From an uncultured delta proteobacterium (GTDB lineage: Bacteria; Desulfobacterota; Binatia; UBA9968), in NCBI GenBank assembly GCA_963728565.1, contig CAVSLC010000011.1, positions 159,799-223,798 on the forward strand: a DNA stretch of 64,000 bases. Direction: 5' to 3'. Positions 18,299-28,247 of this stretch are shown here, one piece after another. A program made the position numbers and the translations under genes. Position 1 is the first letter of the stretch. Every line of letters begins with the position of its first letter. A model generated the notes under the pieces. That model saw nothing but the letters and a program-made list of their open reading frames with translations, was not told the DNA's origin and made no database searches.

Positions 18299-20587
18299 AT
18301 GCAACAGAACTCCAGCCATTCCCCCATCAAACGCATCGCATTCATTGGCAATTACCTACCGCGCCAATGCGGCATCGCCACATTCACGACGGACTTGTGC
18401 GAAGCTATCGCCGCCGAACACAGTGACACGACCTGCATTGCCGTGCCGGTTAACGATATCGAAGGCGGCTATGCCTATCCTTCACGTGTTCGCTTCGAGC
18501 TGGTGGAGAAAGATATCGAGTCGTATCACCGCGCCGCCGACTTCTTGAACATCAACAGCGTGGATCTGGTATCTCTCCAATTTGAATACGGCATCTTCGG
18601 TGGACGGACAGGGTCCCACATCCTGGCGCTGCTGCGTGAGCTGCGCATGCCCATCGTGACGACTCTGCACACAATATTGCGCGAACCGGACCAACATCAA
18701 CGCCGGGTTCTGGAAGAAGTTGCCGCATTGTCGGATCGGTTGGTCGTCATGACCAGGCGAGGTGCGGAATTCCTCGAAGAAATTTACCGTGTATCGCCGG
18801 ACAAGATCGATATAATTCCGCACGGTATTCCGGACATCCCTTTTGTCGACCCTAGTTTTCACAAAGACCTTTTCGGCGTCGAAGGCAAAACGGTTTTGCT
18901 CAGTTTTGGTTTGCTGTCGGCGAACAAGGGAATCGAGAATGTCATTGCCGCTCTGCCCGCTATCTTGGCCAAACATCCGAACGTGGTGTATTTTATCGTC
19001 GGGGCCACTCATCCCCACGTTTTGAGGCACGACGGCGAAGCCTATCGTTTGTCACTGCAGTGGCTGGCCCAAGAGAAAGGCGTAGAAGGTCAGGTGATCT
19101 TCTACAACCGGTTTGTCAGTTTAGAGGAGCTCGTTGAGTTTATCGGCGTCACGGATATTTACATCACCCCTTATCTCAATCCCGCCCAGATCGTTTCCGG
19201 TACGCTCGCTTATACCGTGGGTGCTGGCAAGGCCGTTATTTCGACCCCGTACTGGCATGCCGAAGAGATGCTGGCCGAAGAGCGCGGCGTGCTGGTACCG
19301 TTTCGAGATTCGACGGCGTTGGCCGAGCAGGTTATTGAATTATTGGATAACGAGGCGAAGCGCAACGCAATGCGCAAGCGCGCCTATCTGTACGGCCGCG
19401 AGATGATCTGGCCGCAAGTCGCGCATCAATACATGAATAGTTTTCAACGGGCTAAGGTAGAACGGCGCCACTTCAGTCCTCCCGGCTTCGTGGTCAAAGC
19501 GTTGGATAAAAGTCCGGCCGAGCTGCCGCCCCTGAAACTTGATCACTTACGCCGTATGACCGACGACACCGGCATGTTGCAGCATGCTATATTTACCGTG
19601 CCCAACTACTGCGAAGGCTACACGATCGACGATAACGCTCGCGCTTTGATGGTGAGCACGCTGTTAGAAGAACTTGGCACTGAAGAAACGGCGGACTTAA
19701 CCTCACGTTATTTCGCTTTTGTCTGGTATGCCTTCAATACCGAAACCCGGCGCTTTCGCAACTTCATGAGCTATCAGCGCAACTGGTTGGAAAAAAATGG
19801 TTCCGATGACAGCCACGGCCGAACCTTATGGGCGCTAGGTACCGTGCTGGGCCGCTCCAATACGCCTGCCCTCCAGAGTATGGCCGGCTGGGTCTTTGAA
19901 AAAGCGCTACCCGCCATTCTGAAGACCACTAGCCCACGGGCATGGGCGTTCGCGCTGCTCGGCATCGATGAATATCTGCACCGCTTTGCCGGTGACCGCA
20001 GAGTCACCCAAACGCGTGAGGAATTGGCCGGGCGGCTGCTCAGGTTGTATCAAAAAAATCGCGCGGAGGAATGGCACTGGTATGAGGAGTCGCTGACCTA
20101 CTGCAATGCTGCGCTGCCGCATGCATTACTTATGTGCGGACACGGAATGCCGAACAATTCCATGACCGACGCCGCTCTGGAATCGCTCAAATGGTTGGCC
20201 AATTTGCAGCGCGCCGACACCAGTGGAGGTCATTTCGTGCCTATCGGCTCGAACGGATTTTATCGACGCGGAGGCGAGCGTGCGCGCTTCGATCAGCAGC
20301 CGGTGGAGGCACAAGCCATGGTATCGGCCTGCCTCGCCGCACATCGGGTGACGGGAGATAAGAATTGGCACAAAGAAGCGCGGCGCGCCTTTGACTGGTT
20401 TCTCGGGCGCAACGATTTGAATCTGCCGATTTACGATCCGACAACCGGCGGATGCCGCGACGGCTTGCATCCGGATCGCCCGAACGAAAATCAAGGCGCT
20501 GAATCCTCGCTCGCCTTTCTCCAGGCGGTGCTCGAACTACGCTTGGCTGAGACGAACTTACTATCCGTTGAAACAGGAGCTCGATGA
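18299..20587 (+). CDS. GT4 glycosyltransferase fused to a C-terminal glycosidase-like helical domain
   Basis: YLPRQCGIATFT, FGLLSANKGIE, SGTLAY..G.GK..ISTPY; C-terminal GYTIDDNARAL, FDQQPVE, NQGAES. Confidence 0.92.
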   Translation: MQQNSSHSPIKRIAFIGNYLPRQCGIATFTTDLCEAIAAEHSDTTCIAVPVNDIEGGYAYPSRVRFELVEKDIESYHRAADFLNINSVDLVSLQFEYGIFGGRTGSHILALLRELRMPIVTTLHTILREPDQHQRRVLEEVAALSDRLVVMTRRGAEFLEEIYRVSPDKIDIIPHGIPDIPFVDPSFHKDLFGVEGKTVLLSFGLLSANKGIENVIAALPAILAKHPNVVYFIVGATHPHVLRHDGEAYRLSLQWLAQEKGVEGQVIFYNRFVSLEELVEFIGVTDIYITPYLNPAQIVSGTLAYTVGAGKAVISTPYWHAEEMLAEERGVLVPFRDSTALAEQVIELLDNEAKRNAMRKRAYLYGREMIWPQVAHQYMNSFQRAKVERRHFSPPGFVVKALDKSPAELPPLKLDHLRRMTDDTGMLQHAIFTVPNYCEGYTIDDNARALMVSTLLEELGTEETADLTSRYFAFVWYAFNTETRRFRNFMSYQRNWLEKNGSDDSHGRTLWALGTVLGRSNTPALQSMAGWVFEKALPAILKTTSPRAWAFALLGIDEYLHRFAGDRRVTQTREELAGRLLRLYQKNRAEEWHWYEESLTYCNAALPHALLMCGHGMPNNSMTDAALESLKWLANLQRADTSGGHFVPIGSNGFYRRGGERARFDQQPVEAQAMVSACLAAHRVTGDKNWHKEARRAFDWFLGRNDLNLPIYDPTTGGCRDGLHPDRPNENQGAESSLAFLQAVLELRLAETNLLSVETGAR

Positions 20588-21543
20588 CCAACCAACATCA
20601 GGAACTTTTTCGCCGTCAGAAAACCAATCCTATATTGAGCGCTACCGATTGGCCCTATCCAATCAACAGCGTTTTTAATCCGGGCGCGACTTTGCTGGCG
20701 GATGGCACGACTCTGCTGTTGTGCCGCGTCGAAGACAGGCGCGGCCATTCTCATCTGACTGTCGCTCGTTCTACCAACGGCGTGGACAATTGGCAGATCG
20801 AATCACGGCCTACTTTCCGAGCCGACCCTGAACAGTTCCCCGAAGAGCTCTGGGGCATCGAAGATCCACGCATTACCTATGTCCCCGAGTTGAGCAAATA
20901 TGCTGTCGTTTATACCGCTTTCACACGCGACGGGCCGGGAGTTTCACTTGCGCTCACAGAAGATTTTCATAAATTCGAGCGCTACGGCGTCATCATGCCG
21001 CCGGAAGACAAGGATGCGGCTTTGCTTCCCTACCGGATCGAAGGGCAGTGGGCGCTGATCCACCGCCCGGTCAGTGCTCCACGAGCGCACATGTGGTTGT
21101 CTTATTCGCCGGACCTGCGCCACTGGGGCAATCACAAGTTGATGTTAGAGGCACGTCGCGGAGCATGGTGGGATGCCAATAAAATCGGTCTCTCACCGCC
21201 ACCGATCGAAACCCCTCAAGGGTGGCTGGTGATTTACCATGGCGTACGCCATACCGCGGCGGGCTCCATCTACCGGCTGGGGCTTGCTCTATTTGATTTG
21301 TACGCCCCGGAACATTGCTTGAAGCGCGGCGACGAATGGATTTTCGGCCCGCAAGAAACCTACGAGCAGCGCGGCGACGTCGACAACGTGGTATTTCCAT
21401 GCGGGTACACGATGGCGCCTGACGGCGATACTGTTCGGATATATTACGGCGCCGCAGATACCACCATCGGGCTGGCGACAGGTAGCTTGCGCGCGATGCT
21501 GGACTGGCTTGAGAAGCATCAATCAAAAATTGTCGAGCGCTAG
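20584..21543 (+). CDS. GH130-like glycosidase/mannoside phosphorylase
   Basis: VFNPGA, GIEDPRIT, DKDAAL, IHRP, NVVFPCG, YYGAAD; ATGA overlap with the GT gene. Confidence 0.92.
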   Translation: MTNQHQELFRRQKTNPILSATDWPYPINSVFNPGATLLADGTTLLLCRVEDRRGHSHLTVARSTNGVDNWQIESRPTFRADPEQFPEELWGIEDPRITYVPELSKYAVVYTAFTRDGPGVSLALTEDFHKFERYGVIMPPEDKDAALLPYRIEGQWALIHRPVSAPRAHMWLSYSPDLRHWGNHKLMLEARRGAWWDANKIGLSPPPIETPQGWLVIYHGVRHTAAGSIYRLGLALFDLYAPEHCLKRGDEWIFGPQETYEQRGDVDNVVFPCGYTMAPDGDTVRIYYGAADTTIGLATGSLRAMLDWLEKHQSKIVER

Positions 21544-21597
21544 AAATCTTTTTTAAACGAGGCGGGCGTGAGCGCGAGCGTCTCGATCGAGGTCAAC

Positions 21598-21828
21598 GTG
21601 AACAATAATCTTCTATACAAAAATTATTTCATCGATTGTGAATCATTCCAGCGCGAGAAGCACGGCAGCTGGGTTCCGCAATACACAATCACCCGGCAGG
21701 TAACTGAATCAAATGAGTTCCCGTCGCATCAGTATCAATTCACTCATACATTGCCCACTAAAAACGAGGCCGACTGTTTCGCCGTGCAAAAGGCACAGGA
21801 GTGGATCGACAAGAACCAAAAACCCTGA
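21598..21828 (+). CDS. Small hypothetical protein (Y.I...F/L.T..EA..FA...A..WID family), copy A
   Basis: GAGG RBS plus GTG; paralogues at 25361 and 25752. Confidence 0.7.
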   Translation: MNNNLLYKNYFIDCESFQREKHGSWVPQYTITRQVTESNEFPSHQYQFTHTLPTKNEADCFAVQKAQEWIDKNQKP

Positions 21829-22108
21829 GGAGTTCTGTGGGGTGGAATTACCTTGACGATGATGAAATGTATCTCGAGGAGAGTTCGTCGCTATCTCGAT
21901 TTCCTGCCAGAGCGCAGATTCTCTTCAGGGCAAGATTGACAAGCGCCTCAATTGAGACTGATGCTCTTCTGGCTGTTTGCCGACCAATATCCCTCTGATA
22001 TCACATACCATCGCTTTGTGGTGCGCAGCGGCACCACAAGCTGATTTGAACCCGCAATCCTGCCTTGACTGGTTTGCTTCTACTGGGAGATTCTCAGATT
22101 GATTCTTT

Positions 22109-22124
22109 TGTTCAGTATTGGACA
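22109..22124 (+). promoter_or_regulatory. Putative TF site, copy 4 (TGTTC-AGTATT-GGACA)
   Basis: Matches the motif; followed by GCAATCC as in copy 6; upstream of ORF 22208. Confidence 0.55.
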
Positions 22125-22207
22125 GCAATCCCTCTGCAGGGATGTGCAAGGTAAGCGAATGCGACCCGTGATAGAGCCCTAACGGATTGAACCGTTGAGA
22201 AAACATT

Positions 22208-22480
22208 ATGATGATTGTGCTAGGTCACTTCCTTATTGCAGCAGCAGCCGCAATCGCAACATCAGCGATCATCGGGTATTTTCTTACTAAATTGCTGCTT
22301 CGGTTACTTCAAAAGGTGGATCGTTCGATCAGACTTTACAGAGGGAAGGTCCCTGCGTTTTCTGCTCCCCGCATCTCACCGACGCCGCTCTCAAACGTAT
22401 CAAAGAGCTTCTCCGGCAATGGAGCAGAAGAAGTTTGGGAGTACACAGACCCGGCTCCCAGAGAAAAAGTCGTGATATAG
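22208..22480 (+). CDS. Small membrane-anchored hypothetical protein
   Basis: N-terminal hydrophobic helix; downstream of motif copy 4. Confidence 0.45.
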   Translation: MMIVLGHFLIAAAAAIATSAIIGYFLTKLLLRLLQKVDRSIRLYRGKVPAFSAPRISPTPLSNVSKSFSGNGAEEVWEYTDPAPREKVVI

Positions 22481-22702
22481 AAAAAGGCCTCCCTCAACGC
22501 CAAGCAAAATGATGTATAGGTCGAAAAGAGGCGTTGCCACGATTGTTACGCCGGAGGCTGTGGGTCCAGGTTCTCTAAAAGCGATATATAAAGATAGATA
22601 AGCGGCTGAGCGCGTTTCTTTCGAAACATCGAAGGTTGCCGGTGGAATAACTGCGCGGCCAATCGGGCGTGATTCCCTTATTGCAAGAATTCTTTTCTAC
22701 CC

Positions 22703-22718
22703 TGTTCACTATTAGACA
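22703..22718 (+). promoter_or_regulatory. Putative TF site, copy 5 (TGTTC-ACTATT-AGACA)
   Basis: 15/16 identical to copies 1 and 3. Confidence 0.62.
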
Positions 22719-22947
22719 AGGCGCAATTGCTTCCAGCCTAGACGATGGTTATCTTAAACATCGATACGCAGCTGTGTAATGGATTTTCAAAAGCTGTAAT
22801 GGCGCGCAAGAGGTAAGAAGACTGGGCCACGCTCTGAGCAGTGGCATGGGCTTCCGCTCCGGTTTGATTAGCGAACGTATTCCGCGGTTCCCCCACTCCC
22901 TCTTCCAATATCCGAAGGCTATCAGGAGCCCTTCAAGGAGAGAGTTT

Positions 22948-23511
22948 ATGAATCCTCTATATATTATCGCCATCCCGTTAGCGTTGGTGATCATAGGCAT
23001 GATTTTGAACAGCACCGGCCTTGCTTACGATCAACCACCGAGTTCACAAGAACAAGATCCTACGAAAAAACTGGCGGCGGATAAGGAGACCTACCGGAAG
23101 TTCTTCAATCTCCAGAGAACCCGATCGGTCACCAGGCAGAAAAGGGTGGGCCAGTATAGCTGGTTGGTTATGGCCGCCTTTATCGGCGCCTTCATCTGGC
23201 TCTATACCGATACCGTCAACAAGACCAGCCTGTCGAGTCGCATTGCCGGGATGCAAACCTTGGCAACGGAAGAAGGCAAGCAGATGGTCCTGTCGGTGAC
23301 ACAGAGCGACGGCACCAACGTCAAATATCTGATTAAATTACCTCAAGCCGACAAACTGGCGGAAACCACTAAAGCACAAGAAGCCGTTACCAAAGAAAAG
23401 GTCTCATCCTGGGAGCTGGAGAGACTGGGCACGGCTTTGAGCATCGGCAATAATTCACTGCCAAACGGCATCGCGCTGCAGATGTCCCAAGCAGCAGTCG
23501 AAGCCAGATAG
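22948..23511 (+). CDS. Two-TM hypothetical protein, paralogue 1
   Basis: AAGGAG RBS; protein nearly colinear with 26205-26744 despite many synonymous differences. Confidence 0.85.
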   Translation: MNPLYIIAIPLALVIIGMILNSTGLAYDQPPSSQEQDPTKKLAADKETYRKFFNLQRTRSVTRQKRVGQYSWLVMAAFIGAFIWLYTDTVNKTSLSSRIAGMQTLATEEGKQMVLSVTQSDGTNVKYLIKLPQADKLAETTKAQEAVTKEKVSSWELERLGTALSIGNNSLPNGIALQMSQAAVEAR

Positions 23512-23534
23512 AGTCCGGATTCTAGGGATCCACA

Positions 23535-23570
23535 TCAGGCTTGAGGTGGCGAGTCGCACCTCAAGCCTGA
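23535..23570. terminator. Strong hairpin after paralogue 1
   Basis: Perfect 14-bp stem TCAGGCTTGAGGTG/CACCTCAAGCCTGA; weak T-tail. Confidence 0.6.
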
Positions 23571-24072
23571 GATTGTTATCCCGACGTTTAGTTGTCTCCA
23601 GTTGATGATCGCCCTAGATGACGAAAATCGCAGCGCCGATCATCTAGCAGAACAACTGCGAGGTATCGAATCCAATATTCCCGACGTCGTCAAATTACTG
23701 CAACAGATTTCTGAACAGCAGAAACAGTATCGCGGCGAAGTTAGAGAAATGCTGATGCGGAGCGATCCATTCGCGTTCTCGCTTGCCTGACGTTCTATAG
23801 GTCCGTGAATTCTTTGTCCTCTTGGGCACCGGTACAAGTGTAAAGATCCTAGAATAGCCGGAGCTGCTAACGTAAATGCGGTAATTGTACTTGCGGTTCG
23901 CTCGAGGTGGACACACTGGAGACTTCCATGAAATCGCCCGTTACGTTTGGAAAAAAACTGCAGTGATCCCGATGCCAAGAAGCTTCTGCCGCCGATCCGG
24001 CTTACGGATTATGCCATGAGCAACTGGGCCACTCACCTATTCGCTCGCCGAGAGCAGTACTCGAGAAGAGCA

Positions 24073-24960
24073 ATGAATCTGAAAGCGCCATGGATGCTCA
24101 TCAAGGATACCTTTGTTCAATGGCTCGACGATAACCCGCTCCAATTAGCGGCTGCGCTGGCTTATTACACTTTATTCTCCATGGCTCCTCTCCTGTTGAT
24201 CGCGATCGCGGTCGCTGGCTTAGTGTTCGGGCGGGACGCTTCCCAACTTCAGATTATCGGGGTGATTGAGGATTTCATCGGAGTTCGTGGTGCACAGGCA
24301 ATCCAGGCGATAATCGAAAGCGCAGGTCAAAGGCCCGACTCAGGTTTTTTCGCCTCCGTTATAGCCATCATTTTCTTGTTTTTGGGGGCGGGAGGTGTAG
24401 TAGGACAGCTGCAAGAATCGCTTAATACAATTTGGCGAGTCGTGCCGAAAACCGGTCGAGGGGTCAGAGGGTTTTTGCAGGACCGTTTGATCTCTTATCT
24501 AATGGTGTTAAGCGTCGGCTTCTTGTTACTCGTCTCTTTAATAATCAGCGCGGCGTTAGCAGTGATTTCGGGAATACTCGGCGGCTTTCTGACCATCGAC
24601 GCTGCTACGGCATACGCTTTAGATCTCGCTTTCTCGTTTGCGTTCAACACACTGCTGTTCGCCGCGATATATAAATTCGTGCCTGACGTGCGCATTGAAT
24701 GGCGGGATGTCTGGATGGGAGCTGCCATGACGTCCTTGCTATTTTCCGCCGGCAAATTCTTGATCGCCTTTTATCTGGGTCACAGCACGGCGACATCCAT
24801 TTATGGTGCGGCCGGTTCAGTGGTGACGCTGCTTTTGTGGATCTACTATTCATCACTTATGTTCTTCTTCGGTGCCAAGTTAACCCAAGTCTACGCGAGC
24901 CGGTACGGATCTAAAGCCACCTCCGTGAACTGTGCGCGAAGCGCTAAACCGGCGGACTAA
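24073..24960 (+). CDS. YihY/BrkB family membrane protein (second copy)
   Basis: AAALAYYTLFSMAP, LNTIW, YGAAGSVVTLLLWIYYS. Confidence 0.9.
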   Translation: MNLKAPWMLIKDTFVQWLDDNPLQLAAALAYYTLFSMAPLLLIAIAVAGLVFGRDASQLQIIGVIEDFIGVRGAQAIQAIIESAGQRPDSGFFASVIAIIFLFLGAGGVVGQLQESLNTIWRVVPKTGRGVRGFLQDRLISYLMVLSVGFLLLVSLIISAALAVISGILGGFLTIDAATAYALDLAFSFAFNTLLFAAIYKFVPDVRIEWRDVWMGAAMTSLLFSAGKFLIAFYLGHSTATSIYGAAGSVVTLLLWIYYSSLMFFFGAKLTQVYASRYGSKATSVNCARSAKPAD

Positions 24961-25030
24961 AGATTGGAAATCTACGTAAGGTTCTCCGAGTCAAACTGGG
25001 CGATCGATACAGACGAGCGGCCAAAAGTGC

Positions 25031-25225
25031 TTGCAGAAACTTAGACGCTATATCGACCCCAACGACTATCTAGTGATGATGCCTCTTGATCGGGGTTTAT
25101 TAACCTCGGGGCGGCGAGAAGAATTCACCACGTACACTTCTGACAAGAGTTTTACGAGTCCCCAAGAAACACAGATGGAGGCGATCGCAGACACTCGAAA
25201 ATGGATCGATAGCCGGTAAGCCCGT
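25031..25225 (+). pseudogene. Degenerate member of the small ...WID family
   Basis: C-terminus KSFTSPQETQMEAIADTRKWIDS resembles FPTKAEAARFALEVAKKWIDDGKP of 25361; no clear start. Confidence 0.4.
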
Positions 25226-25295
25226 TCTAACGAGGGCGGGGTTAATAGCACGGATTAATGAGGCCAGTCCTTTAGCCTGTATAATGTTTGAGACG

Positions 25296-25311
25296 TGTCT
25301 CGTACTAGACA
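25296..25311 (+). promoter_or_regulatory. Putative TF site, copy 6 (TGTCT-CGTACT-AGACA)
   Basis: Perfectly palindromic arms, about 50 bp upstream of ORF 25361. Confidence 0.55.
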
Positions 25312-25360
25312 GCAATCCGTCATTGAATGAGCAAAGATAGCGTCTAGAGGAACAAAGCCT

Positions 25361-25591
25361 ATGGACCACTACTACAAATCGCACAGCATTCTAATCACCA
25401 CCTGGGGTCGCATGGACGGCTTCACGCCGGAGATTCGCATCAATAAACAACTGGCTCCCCTCGTCTTCGAGACGTTGAAAATAAACCAGCCGTTTCCTAC
25501 CAAAGCAGAAGCTGCACGTTTTGCCCTCGAAGTCGCCAAAAAATGGATTGACGATGGCAAACCTATCCCTCATAAGCATGAATTGAAATGA
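25361..25591 (+). CDS. Small hypothetical protein (...WID family), copy B
   Basis: AGAGG RBS; YYKSHSI...FPTKAEA.RFA...AKKWID. Confidence 0.72.
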   Translation: MDHYYKSHSILITTWGRMDGFTPEIRINKQLAPLVFETLKINQPFPTKAEAARFALEVAKKWIDDGKPIPHKHELK

Positions 25592-25628
25592 CTTGGGTTC
25601 CCGCGATGTCGCATCCCAACCGAGGACA

Positions 25629-25990
25629 GGGCTGGCGAGAGGTAGTTTGCGGCGGGATCCTGGAGCGGCTTGAGAATCATCAGTCAAAAATTGCCGAGCG
25701 CTATTTGTAAACGCGGCGGGCGTAATTGCGAGCGTCTTCATCGGGGTTACCGTGAAAAATGCTCTGTTGTACAGAAACTATCTCATCGGTTGTGAATCAT
25801 TCCAGCGGGAGAAGCACGGTAGCTCGGTTCCTCAATACACAATTATCCGGCACGTAACCGAAGCAAACGATTTCCCGTCACATCCGTTCAATTCAGTCAC
25901 GCATTGCCGACTAAGAATGAGGCCGACCCGTTACGCGGCGCAAAAAGCACAGGAATGGATCGACAAGAACTAAAAGCCCTGATCGGTTCT
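25629..25990 (+). repeat. Diverged duplicate of 21469-21845 (GH130 3' end plus copy A)
   Basis: Colinear blocks GGGCTGGCGA.AGGTAG.TTGC, GGCTTGAGAA.CATCA.TCAAAAATTG.CGAGCGCTA, TGTGAATCATTCCAGCG.GAGAAGCACGG and GGATCGACAAGAAC. Confidence 0.85.
25752..25973 (+). pseudogene. Copy C of the small ...WID protein (locally frameshifted)
   Basis: Near-identical to copy A at both ends; central segment out of frame; conserved W replaced by S. Confidence 0.65.
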
Positions 25991-26204
25991 ATATCGTCGA
26001 GTAAATACTCGCGAAGCTATGTCTCACCGGAAGCTTGCCGTTTCGAATCTGTTTCAGAGCTCTAGGAGTGATCGGAGCGGCCAGATGAAATAGCACCGTT
26101 GGGACTGATGCTCTTCTTCAACGGATCTCTGTGGAAGATGAACTCGAGTCGCCGTTCGGCGCCTCGAGCCCGTTGAACCTGGTCAATCTGCTTGTCTGAC
26201 TTCG

Positions 26205-26744
26205 TTAGTGGGAAATCTTCAATGCCATGCCTAACGGTAACGGATTGTTACCGACGCTTAAGGCCGTGCCTAGTCTCTCGAGTTCCCAAGACGACACCTT
26301 TTCTACCGTCGAACCTTCTTTCGGCGCAGCTTCCAACTTTTCGGCTTGAGGAAGTTTGACTAAGTATTTTACGTTATTGCCATCGCTCAACGTCACCGAT
26401 AAAACCATCTGTTTGCCTTCTTCTGTTCCCAGGGTTTGAAGCGCGGCGATTCGGCTGGAGAGGCTGGTCTTATTCACCGTGTCCGTATACAGCCAAATGA
26501 ACGCGCCGATGAATGCGGCCATCACAAGCCAGCTATACTGGCTCACCCGTTTTTGCCGCTTTAAGGATCGGCTTCTCTGGAGATCGAAGAATTTACGATA
26601 AGATTCCTTCTCCGCAGTCAGTTTTTTGATCGGATCTTGCTCCGGTGAGCTCGCCGGTTGATCGTAAGAGAGCCCAGTGCTGTTCAGTATCATGCCCAGG
26701 ATCACCAATGCTAAGGGAATGGCGATGATCAATAGAGGATTCAT
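26205..26744 (-). CDS. Two-TM hypothetical protein, paralogue 2
   Basis: Paralogue of 22948-23511; AAGGAG RBS. Confidence 0.85.
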   Translation of the reverse strand: MNPLLIIAIPLALVILGMILNSTGLSYDQPASSPEQDPIKKLTAEKESYRKFFDLQRSRSLKRQKRVSQYSWLVMAAFIGAFIWLYTDTVNKTSLSSRIAALQTLGTEEGKQMVLSVTLSDGNNVKYLVKLPQAEKLEAAPKEGSTVEKVSSWELERLGTALSVGNNPLPLGMALKISH

Positions 26745-27193
26745 AACGCTCCTTTGAGGCTCTCGATAGCCTTTGGATATGGGAAGAGGAAGGGATCAGA
26801 ACCGCTAAGATCGCTACCACCAGTGAGGGTGTGGCGGGGCCTTTTACCTCTTACGCGCCAGTACGGCTGAAGGAAAAAGTTTACGTGTCAACTCTATCCG
26901 AATGGAAGCGCTGTAGCAAGGATGAGGCGTCGACGCCAGGAGTTTCTCAGGAGCCAAAACTCTCGCCGCGGCTTACGAACTACATTGCCCGATGTTTCGC
27001 ACCAGAACAGAAGAATCGTTGCGAACGGCAATTGCCGGCTTGAAATCGCATGAACGCGTCGCCGAAATTGTTCATTCCAGCGCGCGTACATGCGATGCTT
27101 GATGTCATCGATGAAGCGGTCGGCTCTGTGACGGAAAGCTTCCCGCCGATGTCTTCCCAGGGCTAATTTCTGGGATGCTTGCACACTCGAGCG

Positions 27194-28111
27194 TTATAGT
27201 TTGAAACCAGCGTTATTCAAGCCTTCTTTGAGTTCGGCCTTGTCTTTCTCCGTAAACGGCATCGTTTCCCAACGCGGGAAGCGCTCCACTTGCAAACCGC
27301 GGAGCTTCATCAACTCGCAGAACACGCCGCGCCCGTGAGTCTTTAAATACTTGCCGACCACCTGCATGAGCCGGGTGAGCAGATCGTGTTCCTTTTGCGC
27401 TCCTTTGAGGTCGCCCAATTTCAAGGCTTCGTACATTTTTACACAGGCTTCAGGGAAAGGCGTTGACGGCGGATGAATCGCGCCGCGCACGCCCACGGAG
27501 TAACCCGTATACAGCGAAAAAATCCCGCCTGGAAAAACTCCGGTAGACTTCGGCAGCTGGTATACGTAACCCAGCAGTTTGTCATAGGCGATAAAAGAAA
27601 CCTTGATGCCGGCGAGCGGGTTGGGCGCAATCGCTTCGATGATTTTGTTAGCTTTGGCTGGAGTAATCTCGACCCACGTCGTTTCGGTGTTGTCGTAGAT
27701 AAAGAGCGGCACGCCCGGCACCGACTTGGCGATCGCCTTGTAGTGAGCGTACACCTCGTAATCGTCGTGGGGATAATAGTATGGGGGTACAACTCCGATT
27801 GCGTCCACGCCAAGGCTGGCCGCGTGCTTGGCCAATTCGATGGAGGAATAGGTATTGGCCGTGCCGATGTGCATGACGACGGGCACTTTTCCGGCAACGC
27901 GCTTAACGATCTGCTCGGCCACCTTCTTGCGCTCGTCGATCTCCATAACCATGCCTTGACCGTGAGTGCCTAAAGGAAAAAAGCCGTGCACTCCCGACGC
28001 AAGATAGAAATCGATGATGGCGTCAGTCGCATTGTGGTCGATGGCGCCGTCGTTCTTGAAAGCCACCGGCATCGGCATCAAAATCCCTTCGATCTTTCTG
28101 TCACTGGGCAT
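27194..28111 (-). CDS. DHDPS/NAL-family class I aldolase
   Basis: GTHGQG, VPPYY, FIYDN, Schiff-base Lys in AGIKVS. Confidence 0.9.
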   Translation of the reverse strand: MPSDRKIEGILMPMPVAFKNDGAIDHNATDAIIDFYLASGVHGFFPLGTHGQGMVMEIDERKKVAEQIVKRVAGKVPVVMHIGTANTYSSIELAKHAASLGVDAIGVVPPYYYPHDDYEVYAHYKAIAKSVPGVPLFIYDNTETTWVEITPAKANKIIEAIAPNPLAGIKVSFIAYDKLLGYVYQLPKSTGVFPGGIFSLYTGYSVGVRGAIHPPSTPFPEACVKMYEALKLGDLKGAQKEHDLLTRLMQVVGKYLKTHGRGVFCELMKLRGLQVERFPRWETMPFTEKDKAELKEGLNNAGFKL

Positions 28112-28247
28112 AAAGACTCCTTTCGGGCTTGGATCGATATCAAGTTTCCGTACCCATATCGCACCATCGCCGACAATTCCAGCCGATATGCGTTTCGAAC
28201 GGAAGCCAAAGGTGATAGAAAACTATTATCTCACGCAGGAGGCGGTA

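Noticed and set aside
23602-23790. Short helical ORF, possibly a gene remnant
   Set aside because: No RBS, TTG start and no recognisable family motif.
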